Shown here one piece after another: positions 40,274-50,692 of a stretch of 64,000 nucleotides of DNA. This DNA comes from Candidatus Lokiarchaeum ossiferum (GTDB lineage Archaea > Asgardarchaeota > Lokiarchaeia > Sigyniarchaeales > Promethearchaeaceae): positions 2,849,121-2,913,120 of the forward strand of contig CP104013.1 of the NCBI GenBank assembly GCA_025839675.1, given 5' to 3'. The position numbers and the translations under genes were made by a program. The stretch's first letter is position 1. Each line of letters opens with the position of its first letter. A model generated the notes under the pieces. The model did no database searches. It saw nothing but the letters and a program-made list of their open reading frames with translations, and was not told the DNA's origin.

Positions 40274-40423
40274 AATATAATCAAGATCATCTTTTTCCCA
40301 TTTCCCTCCCATTTAAAAAGTTACATTCAAAAACTTTCCGCTTTTAGTAATATTAACATTCCGAAAATATTCATTTTTTCGAATATTTTTTTAAAATAAT
40401 ATTAATTCTCTGAGGAATCAATT

Positions 40424-41557
40424 ATGGCAGAAAACAAATTAGATCTTGCATATTTAGAAAAATTATGTAATGCATTTGGCCCTTCCGGTCACGAACGTGA
40501 AGTTCAAAAAATGGTTTTAAACTACGGTAAGCCCCTAGCGGATGAAGTTTTATTTGATAAAACTGGATCAGTTATTTTCAAACGCGGAACTTCGGGTCCT
40601 AAAATCATGCTTGCTGGACATGCTGATGAAATTGGCTATCTTGTTCAAAGTATTGAAAAAAATGGATTTCTAAAAATCTCCAATCTGGGAGGTATTTTTC
40701 CAGGAAACTTGATTGGTCATGAAATTCTTATCCGACCATTCAAAGGGGGGGAAAAAATCATTGGAATCACCACCAATGGTTCTTTAGCTGGGCCACATAA
40801 AGACAAAATTCCTAAATTGAGTGATCTTTTTGTTGATATTGGATGCGCTACTGATGAAGAAGTGAAGGAATTGGGAATTCGAGTTGGAGATCCTGCCGTT
40901 CCTTACGCAGTATATCGATCTTTAACCCGAAAACGAAAGGAAAAGAAAAAAGATGCCAAACCTGATGAAGAACCAGAGATAAAGGAAGCACGTTTGGCAG
41001 TAGCAAAAGCATTTGACGATCGGATAGGTGTGTTTATGGCACTTGAAGTAATGCGACGATTGTCTGATGATCACATTTCCCATCCCAATATTGTTTATGC
41101 CGCATCCACAACCCAAGAAGAAGTGGGATGTAGAGGAGCTCGAACAGCTGCACAATTAATTCAACCAGATATTGGATTTTCACTTGATGTAACTATTTGC
41201 GGAGGAGGACCAGGAGCAAAGTCTATTGAACAAAAAATGGGGAAAGGCGTTGCTGTAGGAGTTTATGATAGTTCTATGATTGCAAATCCAGTTTTCCGAA
41301 GGTTTGTTATGGAACTTGCAGAAGAAAAGGGTATTCCTTGTCAAACAGGATTTTTAAATAGAGGGGGAACTGATGCAGGACAGATACATCTTTCTGGAAT
41401 TGGAGCACCATCGTTATTTTTCGGTATTCCAACCCGTTATGTGCATTCCCATCATGCAATGTTAGATTTAGATGATGTTGAAGGCGCCATTCAACTATTA
41501 ATCGAGTTAATTAAAAAATTGGATGAAAAAACTGTTGCTAGTTTTACCACTTTATAA
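40424..41557 (+). CDS. M42 family aminopeptidase (TET/FrvX-like)
   Basis: MLAGHADEIGYLV metal-binding motif and M42 length. Contains an unusual Lys/Glu-rich insertion (RKRKEKKKDAKPDEEPEIKE). Confidence 0.8.
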   Translation: MAENKLDLAYLEKLCNAFGPSGHEREVQKMVLNYGKPLADEVLFDKTGSVIFKRGTSGPKIMLAGHADEIGYLVQSIEKNGFLKISNLGGIFPGNLIGHEILIRPFKGGEKIIGITTNGSLAGPHKDKIPKLSDLFVDIGCATDEEVKELGIRVGDPAVPYAVYRSLTRKRKEKKKDAKPDEEPEIKEARLAVAKAFDDRIGVFMALEVMRRLSDDHISHPNIVYAASTTQEEVGCRGARTAAQLIQPDIGFSLDVTICGGGPGAKSIEQKMGKGVAVGVYDSSMIANPVFRRFVMELAEEKGIPCQTGFLNRGGTDAGQIHLSGIGAPSLFFGIPTRYVHSHHAMLDLDDVEGAIQLLIELIKKLDEKTVASFTTL

Positions 41558-41594
41558 GAAATCATGAGATTTCTTTCTTTATTTTTCCCTTTTT

Positions 41595-43229
41595 TCAAAA
41601 TTCATTTTGATCTGTCGATATTTGAGACAAAATTTTAATCAATTTCAAATTAGGGGTCGAAAGTAGATACTTATACAACCGATTTTGAGGATAAATCATA
41701 CAATATTTGGAATTTTTTAAATCACGTAAAAAATTCAAAATGAATCGGGTTGAGAAAAACTTAGCGGAATGAAGGTCAAAAATCATGTTCCTTACGAAAG
41801 ATTTTGTCAAAGTATCTGAAAAACAGACTATTGAAGAAATAAAACCATATTTTTTACTTAACAAGTTTTTGATTTGAGGTAAGTAAGATTGTTCTTCAGA
41901 AGAATGAGAAGTATCCAAGCTTTCAAGAGTTAGAGAATTCGAATCGATTTTGGTTACTTCTTCTAAAACACCTTGTGAAAATCTCAATAAAACCAATGAA
42001 AACTCTGAAAGATCAAATCTCGAGGAAAATTTGGCTAAGTTTTGTACATTATTCCCTAAAATAAGGAGGATTTTCCCCTCAGAACCTATTTGGTGAATCA
42101 TTGCATTATTTAGTAATGATGGAATTGCCCAAAAGGCAATTTTTCTTGGATTAATAGTCAAATTTCGAGCATACTTTGAATATCGGAAAAGTTCTCGCAA
42201 AATTTTAGGTTTGGGATAGCAATTCCAATCTGTCCCATAATTTTTGTAACAGGATAACATTTTCTCTCCTAACAAATTCCATCGATCTTTGGTAGAAGGA
42301 AAGGGCGTTTGAAAGAGATCTTCTAAATATTGGACAATAGATTTGACTTGAAACATGAAATTAAAAGAAGTATGGTAGGATTTCTTTAAATATTTCATAA
42401 TTTTTGCATCCCTTTCAACAAAATCTTCACAAGATAATATTGTTTCTGGAATTTTACATGGAGTTATTATGAAGCGACTATACCGCTTAATTAATTTCAA
42501 AGCAAAATAATAGTCTGATCCTTTGAAAGTAAGAGAAAATGATTCATTCGGTGCCAAAGTTTCAATATACCGATAGAATGACTCATATTTAAAATTTCCA
42601 AAAAATTGATGACTTGAGGTTAAGAAATCTAGTCCCACAGATTTTGGAAAATATAAAAATTGATTTTGGCTTTGTGCATCAATTAGTCGATCTATAAAAT
42701 AACCCATCAAAGCAAAAATACTGCACGCTGGAGAAGATGTTTCATTATTTCCGGATTTTTCAACAAATTTTTCCAAAAGAGTTTCAGAGATAACATGAAT
42801 ATTTCCGAGATCGCTCCCAAATTTTTTTTTTATAAAAGGTGTTAATTTTTCAAAGGTTGTTTCAAGATGATAAATTGCATCTTCTTCCAAGGATAACTCC
42901 TTAACATCCAAAGTTACCATTTCTTTAACCATATTAAATTGGTTGACTGTATGAAGATATGCGCGTAAAATGACACCATTTGTATCCACAACAAATTCTA
43001 TCGATACTGGGTTCTGGTTCAAAAAGAGAGCATAGAAATCAGCCCATAATTTATGAAATAAGATCGAATTCGTCTCTAATTCAAGAAATGGCAGTTTTAT
43101 CACAATGTTGGATAGAATTTGAACCTTGGAATATTCTTGTGCAGTTGATAAATGCTTATGCCAAGTAACAAAGTACTCATGTATTTTTTTTTGAAGATTT
43201 TTTGATTTTATCGAATCTATTTTACTCAT
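41595..43229 (-). CDS. Hypothetical protein (544 aa) with no recognisable domain; last gene of the rSAM/DUF362 cluster
   Basis: Long clean ORF overlapping the upstream gene by 8 nt. No motif recognised. Confidence 0.5.
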   Translation of the reverse strand: MSKIDSIKSKNLQKKIHEYFVTWHKHLSTAQEYSKVQILSNIVIKLPFLELETNSILFHKLWADFYALFLNQNPVSIEFVVDTNGVILRAYLHTVNQFNMVKEMVTLDVKELSLEEDAIYHLETTFEKLTPFIKKKFGSDLGNIHVISETLLEKFVEKSGNNETSSPACSIFALMGYFIDRLIDAQSQNQFLYFPKSVGLDFLTSSHQFFGNFKYESFYRYIETLAPNESFSLTFKGSDYYFALKLIKRYSRFIITPCKIPETILSCEDFVERDAKIMKYLKKSYHTSFNFMFQVKSIVQYLEDLFQTPFPSTKDRWNLLGEKMLSCYKNYGTDWNCYPKPKILRELFRYSKYARNLTINPRKIAFWAIPSLLNNAMIHQIGSEGKILLILGNNVQNLAKFSSRFDLSEFSLVLLRFSQGVLEEVTKIDSNSLTLESLDTSHSSEEQSYLPQIKNLLSKKYGFISSIVCFSDTLTKSFVRNMIFDLHSAKFFSTRFILNFLRDLKNSKYCMIYPQNRLYKYLLSTPNLKLIKILSQISTDQNEF

Positions 43230-45156
43230 TTGACTTTTCTCCTTCCGGTTTTTCTTCTTGAGTATCTTTAGAAACTGATTCTGGTAAAAGAACTGATTCG
43301 GATCTTAGGGATTTTTGTTTTGAGTAGTTTTTTTTTTCAATTTTCAGGTTATCAATTTGAGGTTGAAACTTAGGTTTCAGTTCTTCCAATGCATTCTTTC
43401 GATTCTGTTTGTACTTCTGAATTTGCTCTTTATATGTTTGTTTAGCAAGTTTAAGCTCAGATTTAATCTGAGGTAATATTGGACGATTTATCTCGGTGAT
43501 TTTTGCCTTTAATTTAGATCTTTGTTGTTTTTGCTGAATCGTTCTTTCCTTTTTATCAAATTCTATAAAATTATAGACCGTTTTCATACTATCCAAAAAT
43601 GTAGTAAGCGTCGGGATCATCTTGGAAGGGATGAAATTTGCGATTGTCAGCATATTCTGTAAACCTATTGGTTGATAATTAGAAAGTTCCACTACTTTAG
43701 AATTTAAAACAACATCAGGTGCTTTGTTTTGAATTCGTAACTTTTCGTGTTTATATGATAGATCGAGACGGATCCTTTCTAATTTGTAATGAAAACTTAT
43801 AGTTGATTTTTCTAACTTCTTTTTCTTTTTCAATTTTAGGAGTTTTAGAGAAGGAGTCTGCTCTTTTTCTTCAATCATTGATATTTGATGATCAATTTTG
43901 GACTGAAATAATTCATTTTTTCTTCTTAATTTTGCCTGTTTTCCAATAATTGCTCGTTCTAACTCATCCCCATCCAAAATTCGAGTGACTCCAGTTTCAA
44001 AACCAAGAATTTCAAGAGGTTCTTTTAAAGAACTTTTAAGAATTGAGCGAAATGCATAATCTTGAGTCGATTGAATTGCAGAGTTCCCAAATACTACAAT
44101 ATATTCTTTACCCGTAAAATTCGGTTCTGGAGGATTTTCTCCTGCAAGTAAGATCCAATCTCCAACATTATAAAGATCTTTGAATAAAATTGTTTGAAAT
44201 CGTAAGAGTAGGAGGTAGAGTGTGTGATGATCGGCAACACTCAGATTTCCAAGATGAAGGGAAAGTCCAGGAAGCTTAAAAAGGTTTAAATCTTTTGGAA
44301 TAGGCTTGATATCGAGTTTTGCGATATTTTCAGGAGTTTTTACCACATTATTTCCTGAAGATGCGAATTTTTCTTCATTTATTTGTTTTAAGAAGGGATT
44401 TTGCTTAGGATCAAACCCTAAATCAATTAATGTTTCCCAATCCAACGTTAAACAATCATTTCCAAAATAAACCCGATGTAAATGTGTTGTTTTAATTCTC
44501 TTTCCTATACATGGCCCATTCTGTTCTATAATGGAAAATCCATCGTTAATAAAAAGTAAGGGTTTTTCTTTAGATAAACTTTGAGAGGGGCGATCAATCC
44601 ATTCTTGATAAGTCTCAGGGGATTTACTTGTATTTGAATTGCTAAAAACCGAGAATAGAGGAAGAGATGCCCAAAATCCGAATAAAGGATCTTGCTTAAG
44701 CTGGGATAAAAGAACAATTGAATCAATTTGTGAAAAGAGAGAAAGATTTGGTTCGTTTATTACCTCACTTGGCTCAAGGGTTGGATCTGTCTCACCATCA
44801 AGATTTTGGGAAATTTTTTGATCGAAAACATCTGATCTATCAACCAAAATTGCATTATGGTGGTTTATCCAAGTTTTTAACCCATAATTTGAGAGAAGAG
44901 CATCAGAACTATAGCCATTGAAAACAACAGGAAGCACATAGATTTCAGATATTCCTCGAGATTTTAAGAAATTTATTAGAACAACTAGAGAATCGGGATT
45001 GAAGGATACAGGAAAAGGTTGTGGAATCAACATATCAACTACAATTAAAACCTTACCCTTACTTGGAATAAAACCTCCTTTTTGCTCTAAAAGTCTCAAT
45101 CCATCAATTATGGTTTTTTCGAGTGAATTATTTTCTGAGATAATTGTGATGCCCAT
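43222..45156 (-). CDS. DUF362-domain protein with a long Lys-rich coiled-coil C-terminal extension (644 aa)
   Basis: N-terminal DUF362 landmarks: ITIISENNSLEKTIIDGLRLL...KGKVLIVVDM... and INDGFSIIEQNGPCIG (like vvDGivgMEGnGP). The C-terminal roughly 250 aa are heptad-like and K/E/Q-rich. Confidence 0.5.
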   Translation of the reverse strand: MGITIISENNSLEKTIIDGLRLLEQKGGFIPSKGKVLIVVDMLIPQPFPVSFNPDSLVVLINFLKSRGISEIYVLPVVFNGYSSDALLSNYGLKTWINHHNAILVDRSDVFDQKISQNLDGETDPTLEPSEVINEPNLSLFSQIDSIVLLSQLKQDPLFGFWASLPLFSVFSNSNTSKSPETYQEWIDRPSQSLSKEKPLLFINDGFSIIEQNGPCIGKRIKTTHLHRVYFGNDCLTLDWETLIDLGFDPKQNPFLKQINEEKFASSGNNVVKTPENIAKLDIKPIPKDLNLFKLPGLSLHLGNLSVADHHTLYLLLLRFQTILFKDLYNVGDWILLAGENPPEPNFTGKEYIVVFGNSAIQSTQDYAFRSILKSSLKEPLEILGFETGVTRILDGDELERAIIGKQAKLRRKNELFQSKIDHQISMIEEKEQTPSLKLLKLKKKKKLEKSTISFHYKLERIRLDLSYKHEKLRIQNKAPDVVLNSKVVELSNYQPIGLQNMLTIANFIPSKMIPTLTTFLDSMKTVYNFIEFDKKERTIQQKQQRSKLKAKITEINRPILPQIKSELKLAKQTYKEQIQKYKQNRKNALEELKPKFQPQIDNLKIEKKNYSKQKSLRSESVLLPESVSKDTQEEKPEGEKSNE

Positions 45157-45239
45157 TTTTTAATCCTTTAAATCGTTCTTATTTATTCAAATGTCGTTTC
45201 CAAATAAGAATTTTTCACAAAAACTAATTAGAAAAAAAT

Positions 45240-46541
45240 TTACTTTTGATCATATCGAGTTTTAACTAATCCCGCTTGCGCTTGATATTCGCCATAAGCT
45301 TTACCTGCTTTTGCCAATTTTCCAATAATATGTGAAATTCTAGGATCAATAATTCCTGGATTTTCATTTTCAAAAGGTGTCCCAGGGAGAGGCATAAAAG
45401 TATGGGTATGAATGCGGACATTTTTCACCTTGTTAGTCAGAACTTGATTAAAAAATGAAATATTCGCTTGAATATCTTCCTCAATCTCACCAGGTAACCC
45501 AAAAATGAAATCAATTTCTGCACCTATCCCAAATTCATCCATAAGATCGACAGCGGTGATGACATCTTCGATGTTATGTCCCCTTGCTATTGATTTCAAG
45601 AGACGATTGGAAGCAGTTTGAGCCCCAATCAATAATTTTCGATTTGTCATTAAAGGTGTGACAATTTCCAGCATTTCCCGAGTTACAGATTCAGGCCTAA
45701 CTTCACTTGGAAAAGTACCAAAATATATGCCTTTAATAGAATTTTTTTGCGAAATTCCAGTTAGTAATTCTTGTACCGCTTCTATGTTTGGTGTAATTCC
45801 ATTTGGAGAACCGTATGCAAATGCGTTGGGTGTTAAAAACCATACTTTATCAAATTTTATTTCGGACGCTCTTTTAACATTTTGAAGAATGGTTTGAATG
45901 GGAACATGTCGCATTTTATTTGAGGAACACCCTGTTTGACAAAATTTGCATCGATAAGGACATCCTCGAGAAATTTCAATGGGTCCAAAGAGACGGAATT
46001 TCTCTGAAAATGAGGGAGTGACCCCTAATTCAATAATTTTTGCAGGTAATCCAGGTGAATATTGAGGTTTCAGTTGGATCACCCCATTTAGCATAGGATA
46101 GTTAAGGAGATCTTGTGAAGCATTATATAAAGTATGTAATAATTGAGAAAATCCAATTTCACCTTCCCCTGGAATAAGGAAATCAACATTAAGGTTTTGA
46201 AATTCTTGAGGTGATGCCGTTACATGAGGACCTCCTGCCACCGTAAAGATTTTTGGATGAAATTGGTTGAAAAAATATGGAGTGGATTTACTAAACTCTT
46301 TAAATTGATTCATTTGAATTGACAACAACGAAAAAGCTAGAACTACAAAATCATAGTTTTGAAATGGAATTTCCTTAATTTTTGAAGAATGTTGAGGAGA
46401 TTTATAAAGTTGAAACGGTAAAGCAATAAAATCGTAGTTTTCCATCAGCTGGGAATTATTTTCTAAATATCCCATCAAAATGCTCCATGAATACCGGTTT
46501 GGTTTGTCATACCCAAATAATACCAATCCTTTCTTGATCAC
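45240..46541 (-). CDS. B12-binding-domain radical SAM protein (archaeal MJ_1487-like family)
   Basis: N-terminal Rossmann-like B12-binding region, then the radical SAM core ISRGCPYRCKFCQ (CxxxCxxC); 433 aa. Confidence 0.7.
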   Translation of the reverse strand: MIKKGLVLFGYDKPNRYSWSILMGYLENNSQLMENYDFIALPFQLYKSPQHSSKIKEIPFQNYDFVVLAFSLLSIQMNQFKEFSKSTPYFFNQFHPKIFTVAGGPHVTASPQEFQNLNVDFLIPGEGEIGFSQLLHTLYNASQDLLNYPMLNGVIQLKPQYSPGLPAKIIELGVTPSFSEKFRLFGPIEISRGCPYRCKFCQTGCSSNKMRHVPIQTILQNVKRASEIKFDKVWFLTPNAFAYGSPNGITPNIEAVQELLTGISQKNSIKGIYFGTFPSEVRPESVTREMLEIVTPLMTNRKLLIGAQTASNRLLKSIARGHNIEDVITAVDLMDEFGIGAEIDFIFGLPGEIEEDIQANISFFNQVLTNKVKNVRIHTHTFMPLPGTPFENENPGIIDPRISHIIGKLAKAGKAYGEYQAQAGLVKTRYDQK

Positions 46542-46676
46542 ATGAAATCCAAACCATTCCTTAAATAAAGAATTTTTGAAGAGACTGTTGGAGAAAAAAA
46601 CTAAAACTGGAATGCTTCTTAATAAGTTTCTAATAAGGATTCCTTAAAAGTATGCAACGGTTTTACATCATGATTA

Positions 46677-49541
46677 TTGAAAAAAGAGATGGCTAACCTG
46701 AATCTTTCGGAAGAATTAACAAACTCAGCAAAAATTCTTGAACAAAGAATTGGCATGCAAGCAATTATTTCAAAGATCTCTTCTCTATTTATAAGCTGTC
46801 CCTTTGATCTTGTTGATGAAAACATCGAAAAATCATTAGAAATTATAGGTAAGTTTACAAAAGTTGATACATGCCATGTGATTATTCCAAATGAGGATAA
46901 CAACCACAGCCTAGTTTTTGAATGGCACGATAAATCAGTAGAATCAACCAAACAAGTATTTGAACATGCAATTTTATCGGAAAAAATCTTTCAGAATAAC
47001 CTACTGATAAATCCACTTTTTGTAGCACAAACGAGCAAATTTAATTTTCCTTCTCCCAAGTTGAAGCAAATTTTTACGAATTTAGGAATACTGTCTTTCC
47101 TTATTGTCCCTATGAAATATCTCGGTAAAAATTTTGGGTTTATTACATTATCCAATTCTACCCATAAAAGAACTTTAGATCCAAAAAATCAAGCATTGGT
47201 TAACTCAATTGCAGAGATATTTGTTTCAAAAATAATAACAAAAAAATTAGAAGAAGAGAAGCAAGAACAAGAACTTAAATACCAAAATCTATTCAACAAT
47301 ATGGTTAATGGGTTCTCCTATCACAATGTAGTCTTTGATGCCAATGACGAACCCATAGATTTTATTTATGTGGATGTCAATCCTGCATTTACAATTTTAA
47401 CGGGTAGATCTCGTGAAGAAGTGATTGGTAAGAAATTATCGGAAATCAGTCCAAATTATTTGAAAGTACTGAAAAAACATTATTATAAAGTTATAGTCGA
47501 TAAATTTAATCTTACTTACGAGTATTATTCAAGTTCTATTGACAAATGGTTTTTGGTTAATTCTTACTCACCGGAAGATGGATATTTTGTTAATATATTT
47601 AATGATATTACAGAACGTAAAATAGCAGAACAAAAGCTTCAACAAAACGAAGAATGGTTTCAAGATGTTCTCAAGAATGCCTTGGATGCATCGTACAGAA
47701 TCAATTACATTACTCACAAAGTGGAGTATATTTCCCCAGTTTTTACCAAAATGACAGGAATATCAACAGAAAGTTTTAATTATCAAGATTTTAAAGCGCG
47801 AATTCATCCAACAGATTTTGAACACCAAGAAACTTACTTTTATGAAGAAATTAGAAGAAATCCAAGTTCGAAAATTCCATTGAAGATGAAATATAGGTTT
47901 AAATGCTATGGAGATAATTATCTTTGGTTGGAAGACAATTTTACTTTAATTGTGGATGAAAAAAGGCAGCCTTGCTATTCAATTGGTACACTTAGAGACA
48001 TTCATCAACAAACTGAAGCAGAAAGAAGGTTAAAACGGAGTGAACTAAGATTTCGGGAGGTTTTGGAACACTCATCAGATGTAATTTATCGAATTGCATT
48101 TAAAACAAGAAAATTTGATTTTATTTCACCCTCAATTGAAGTTAATTTAGGATATACAGTAAATGAAATATTAAATCTCAATTTTAATGATTCTCTTGCA
48201 TTAATTCACCCAGAAGATCGACAATTAGTAAATAACAAGATGAAACAATTATTAAATGAGAAGAAACACGAAAATACCATTAATATTCAATATAGGCTTA
48301 AAAACAAACAAAATAGCTATATTTGGGTCAATGAAAATCGGACGTCTATACGCAATAAAAAAAATAAGATTATATTTATTTTAGGAGTATTTAGAGATGT
48401 CACAGATCAATTAGAATTAGAAAAAGAACGATTACGAGCAGATAAAATTGAATCAATTGGACTCTTGGCAGCCGGAATCGCCCACGATTTTAATAATCTA
48501 CTCGTTTCAATATTAGGGAACGTAAATTTATTACAAATGACTCAAATAGATGAGGAACAATCAGATATATTACACGATATTGAACAGGGCACTTTTAACG
48601 CAACTAATTTAACAAAACAACTATTAACATTTGCAAAAGGCGGAGCCCCTATAAAGAAAAGTGAAAATTTGAAAGATATTGTTGAAAATGCCACAAAATT
48701 TGTTTTAAGGGGATCAAAATGCCGAGCAACTTTCAATTTTGAATCAAATCTTCCCCAAACCGCTATTGATGCAGGACAAATGAATCAAGTTCTTATGAAT
48801 TTACTTATCAATGCCGATCATGCAATGAGTGAGGGAGGAGTGATTCAGATTACAGTCAAATCAACATTGTTAGAAGAATCATCAAGTATACCTCTAAAAA
48901 AGGGAAAATATCTTCTGATTGAGATTAAAGATCAAGGAAAGGGAATCAAGCCAATACACAAAGATAGCATATTTAAACCATACTTCACAACAAAATCTAA
49001 AGGATCGGGGCTGGGATTGGCGACTTGTTATTCCATCATCAAACAGCATAATGGCTACATTAATTTTCGCTCCAATCTTCAAGAGGGAACAACATTCTTT
49101 TTCTACCTCCCGATTTCAGAGTCAGAAACGATTAAAGCTAATGAAGAACAACAAATATCGAGTAAAATCAATAAATCTATTTTAGTTTTAGATGATGATG
49201 CCAACATTCACAAGCTTCTGCAACGTTTATTCAAGAAACTCTCAATTAAACTCGATTCTATTTATGATGGAAAAGAGATATTAGAAATTTATAAGAAAAA
49301 AGACTCAATGGGAGAAAAATATGATTTAGTGATCATGGATTTAACTATTCCGGGAGGGATTGGAGGACAAGAAGCAATTTCCCGGCTTAAATCATATGAT
49401 CGGAATGTTAAAGCAATTGTTTCCAGCGGATATTCAAATGATCCCATCATGTCAAATTATGAAAAATATGGTTTTATTGATGTTCTTCCGAAACCTTTCA
49501 CGATTCAGGAATTAAAAACCATCATCGAAAAACATTGTTAA
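46677..49541 (+). CDS. Hybrid sensor histidine kinase: GAF-like, 3x PAS, HisKA, HATPase_c, and a C-terminal receiver domain
   Basis: H-box AAGIAHDFNNLL and ATPase G-boxes (GSGLGLA). Receiver domain LVLDDDANIHKLL...DLVIMDLTIPGG. Repeated PAS modules (DITERKIAEQKL, DIHQQTEAER, DVTDQLELEKE linkers). Confidence 0.85.
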   Translation: MKKEMANLNLSEELTNSAKILEQRIGMQAIISKISSLFISCPFDLVDENIEKSLEIIGKFTKVDTCHVIIPNEDNNHSLVFEWHDKSVESTKQVFEHAILSEKIFQNNLLINPLFVAQTSKFNFPSPKLKQIFTNLGILSFLIVPMKYLGKNFGFITLSNSTHKRTLDPKNQALVNSIAEIFVSKIITKKLEEEKQEQELKYQNLFNNMVNGFSYHNVVFDANDEPIDFIYVDVNPAFTILTGRSREEVIGKKLSEISPNYLKVLKKHYYKVIVDKFNLTYEYYSSSIDKWFLVNSYSPEDGYFVNIFNDITERKIAEQKLQQNEEWFQDVLKNALDASYRINYITHKVEYISPVFTKMTGISTESFNYQDFKARIHPTDFEHQETYFYEEIRRNPSSKIPLKMKYRFKCYGDNYLWLEDNFTLIVDEKRQPCYSIGTLRDIHQQTEAERRLKRSELRFREVLEHSSDVIYRIAFKTRKFDFISPSIEVNLGYTVNEILNLNFNDSLALIHPEDRQLVNNKMKQLLNEKKHENTINIQYRLKNKQNSYIWVNENRTSIRNKKNKIIFILGVFRDVTDQLELEKERLRADKIESIGLLAAGIAHDFNNLLVSILGNVNLLQMTQIDEEQSDILHDIEQGTFNATNLTKQLLTFAKGGAPIKKSENLKDIVENATKFVLRGSKCRATFNFESNLPQTAIDAGQMNQVLMNLLINADHAMSEGGVIQITVKSTLLEESSSIPLKKGKYLLIEIKDQGKGIKPIHKDSIFKPYFTTKSKGSGLGLATCYSIIKQHNGYINFRSNLQEGTTFFFYLPISESETIKANEEQQISSKINKSILVLDDDANIHKLLQRLFKKLSIKLDSIYDGKEILEIYKKKDSMGEKYDLVIMDLTIPGGIGGQEAISRLKSYDRNVKAIVSSGYSNDPIMSNYEKYGFIDVLPKPFTIQELKTIIEKHC

Positions 49542-49611
49542 AAAAATGGTAGATAGAAATCACTTAGGGGAATAACATCATTTAAATTCCATTTGAACTA
49601 AACTATGTTTA

Positions 49612-49998
49612 ATGGGGAAATTATCACTTATTATTTTACCAGAAACTTATGCTATTTGCAGGCTCTCCCCTCACGAAAACATTCCGAAACCAAAAAACCA
49701 AGATCATTTCTTTTCGGTAACTCAAACAAACCAGGAAATATCGGTCGTATTAGATGAACGTGATGTTTCACCCGATTGTAGTACAGTTGAATTAGGTTGG
49801 CGATGTTTAAAGATTGACGGTCCGTTATATTTCAGTCTTATTGGCATTCTGGCATCAATAGCAGTACCTCTTGCAGAAGCGAAGGTCAGCATTTTTACAA
49901 TTTCAACTTTTGACACTGATTATCTACTAGTAAAAAGTAGAGATCTCCAAAAGGCGAAAGAGGCGTTAAATAAAGCCGGATTTAATATAAATCATTAA
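49612..49998 (+). CDS. ACT-domain (ACT_7-like) small regulatory protein
   Basis: 128 aa with ACT-like beta-alpha-beta-beta-alpha-beta pattern (SVVLDE...GPLYFSLIGILASIAVPLAEAKVSIFTISTFDTDYLLV). Confidence 0.5.
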   Translation: MGKLSLIILPETYAICRLSPHENIPKPKNQDHFFSVTQTNQEISVVLDERDVSPDCSTVELGWRCLKIDGPLYFSLIGILASIAVPLAEAKVSIFTISTFDTDYLLVKSRDLQKAKEALNKAGFNINH

Positions 49999-50014
49999 AA
50001 TTGTCGAAAAAAAA

Positions 50015-50458
50015 TTATCTTTCATCCCACGATGGAACGTCTTCATTCACACAATAAAGAAATACGAAAGTCCCCGTGCGCCCTAGCCATTTAAATTTTT
50101 TAGAGATTTCTTTATTCTTTTCAGGATATACTAAGTTTCTTAAAGAGTGCAGATATTCTGCGAAGGATCCAAATTGACTGACAATTTCATTAAATATTCT
50201 TGCATTTTCAACAGTGGCCCGGATTTTACGGATATTTCGAATAATTAAACTCGATTCTAATGCAGCAAAAATTTCATCTTCACCCCACTTAGCTATAATT
50301 TGTGGATCAAAATTTAGAAAGACTTTCCTAAAACCTTCCCATTTACTTTGAACAACTTTATACGAGAAACCGGCTTGAAATACAGCTTTGGTGATCTGTT
50401 CAAAATATTCCTGATCAATTTCAGGAGTTATTCGGGGAGGTATGATTAATTCAGGCAT
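50015..50458 (-). CDS. DNA-3-methyladenine glycosylase I (Tag)-like protein lacking the N-terminal Zn segment
   Basis: FEQITKAVFQAGFSYKVVQSKWEGFRKVF...FDPQIIAKWGEDEI resembles the Tag core (FEMICLEGQQAGLSWITVLKKRENYRACFHQFDP). Confidence 0.45.
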   Translation of the reverse strand: MPELIIPPRITPEIDQEYFEQITKAVFQAGFSYKVVQSKWEGFRKVFLNFDPQIIAKWGEDEIFAALESSLIIRNIRKIRATVENARIFNEIVSQFGSFAEYLHSLRNLVYPEKNKEISKKFKWLGRTGTFVFLYCVNEDVPSWDER

Positions 50459-50460
50459 TT

Positions 50461-50673
50461 TTACACCTTGAGGGTTTTATCAATCGATCCATCGGGTAAC
50501 ATATTATCTGGATGAATTTGTCCGTTATTTTCCATTTGATACCGAACACATTTGGAATTAGCAACCAAACAATAATTATTAACCCAAGTGGAGTCTAATA
50601 AGCCCTTATCAGTATAATACTTGATAGGACATATCAAATACCATTTGCATACTGATTCGGGCACGTTGAACAC
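50461..50673 (-). CDS. Small Cys-containing hypothetical protein (70 aa)
   Basis: ORF tightly packed between Tag-like and aminotransferase genes; no motif recognised. Confidence 0.25.
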   Translation of the reverse strand: MFNVPESVCKWYLICPIKYYTDKGLLDSTWVNNYCLVANSKCVRYQMENNGQIHPDNMLPDGSIDKTLKV

Positions 50674-50692
50674 CTAATTTATATTAAAAAAA

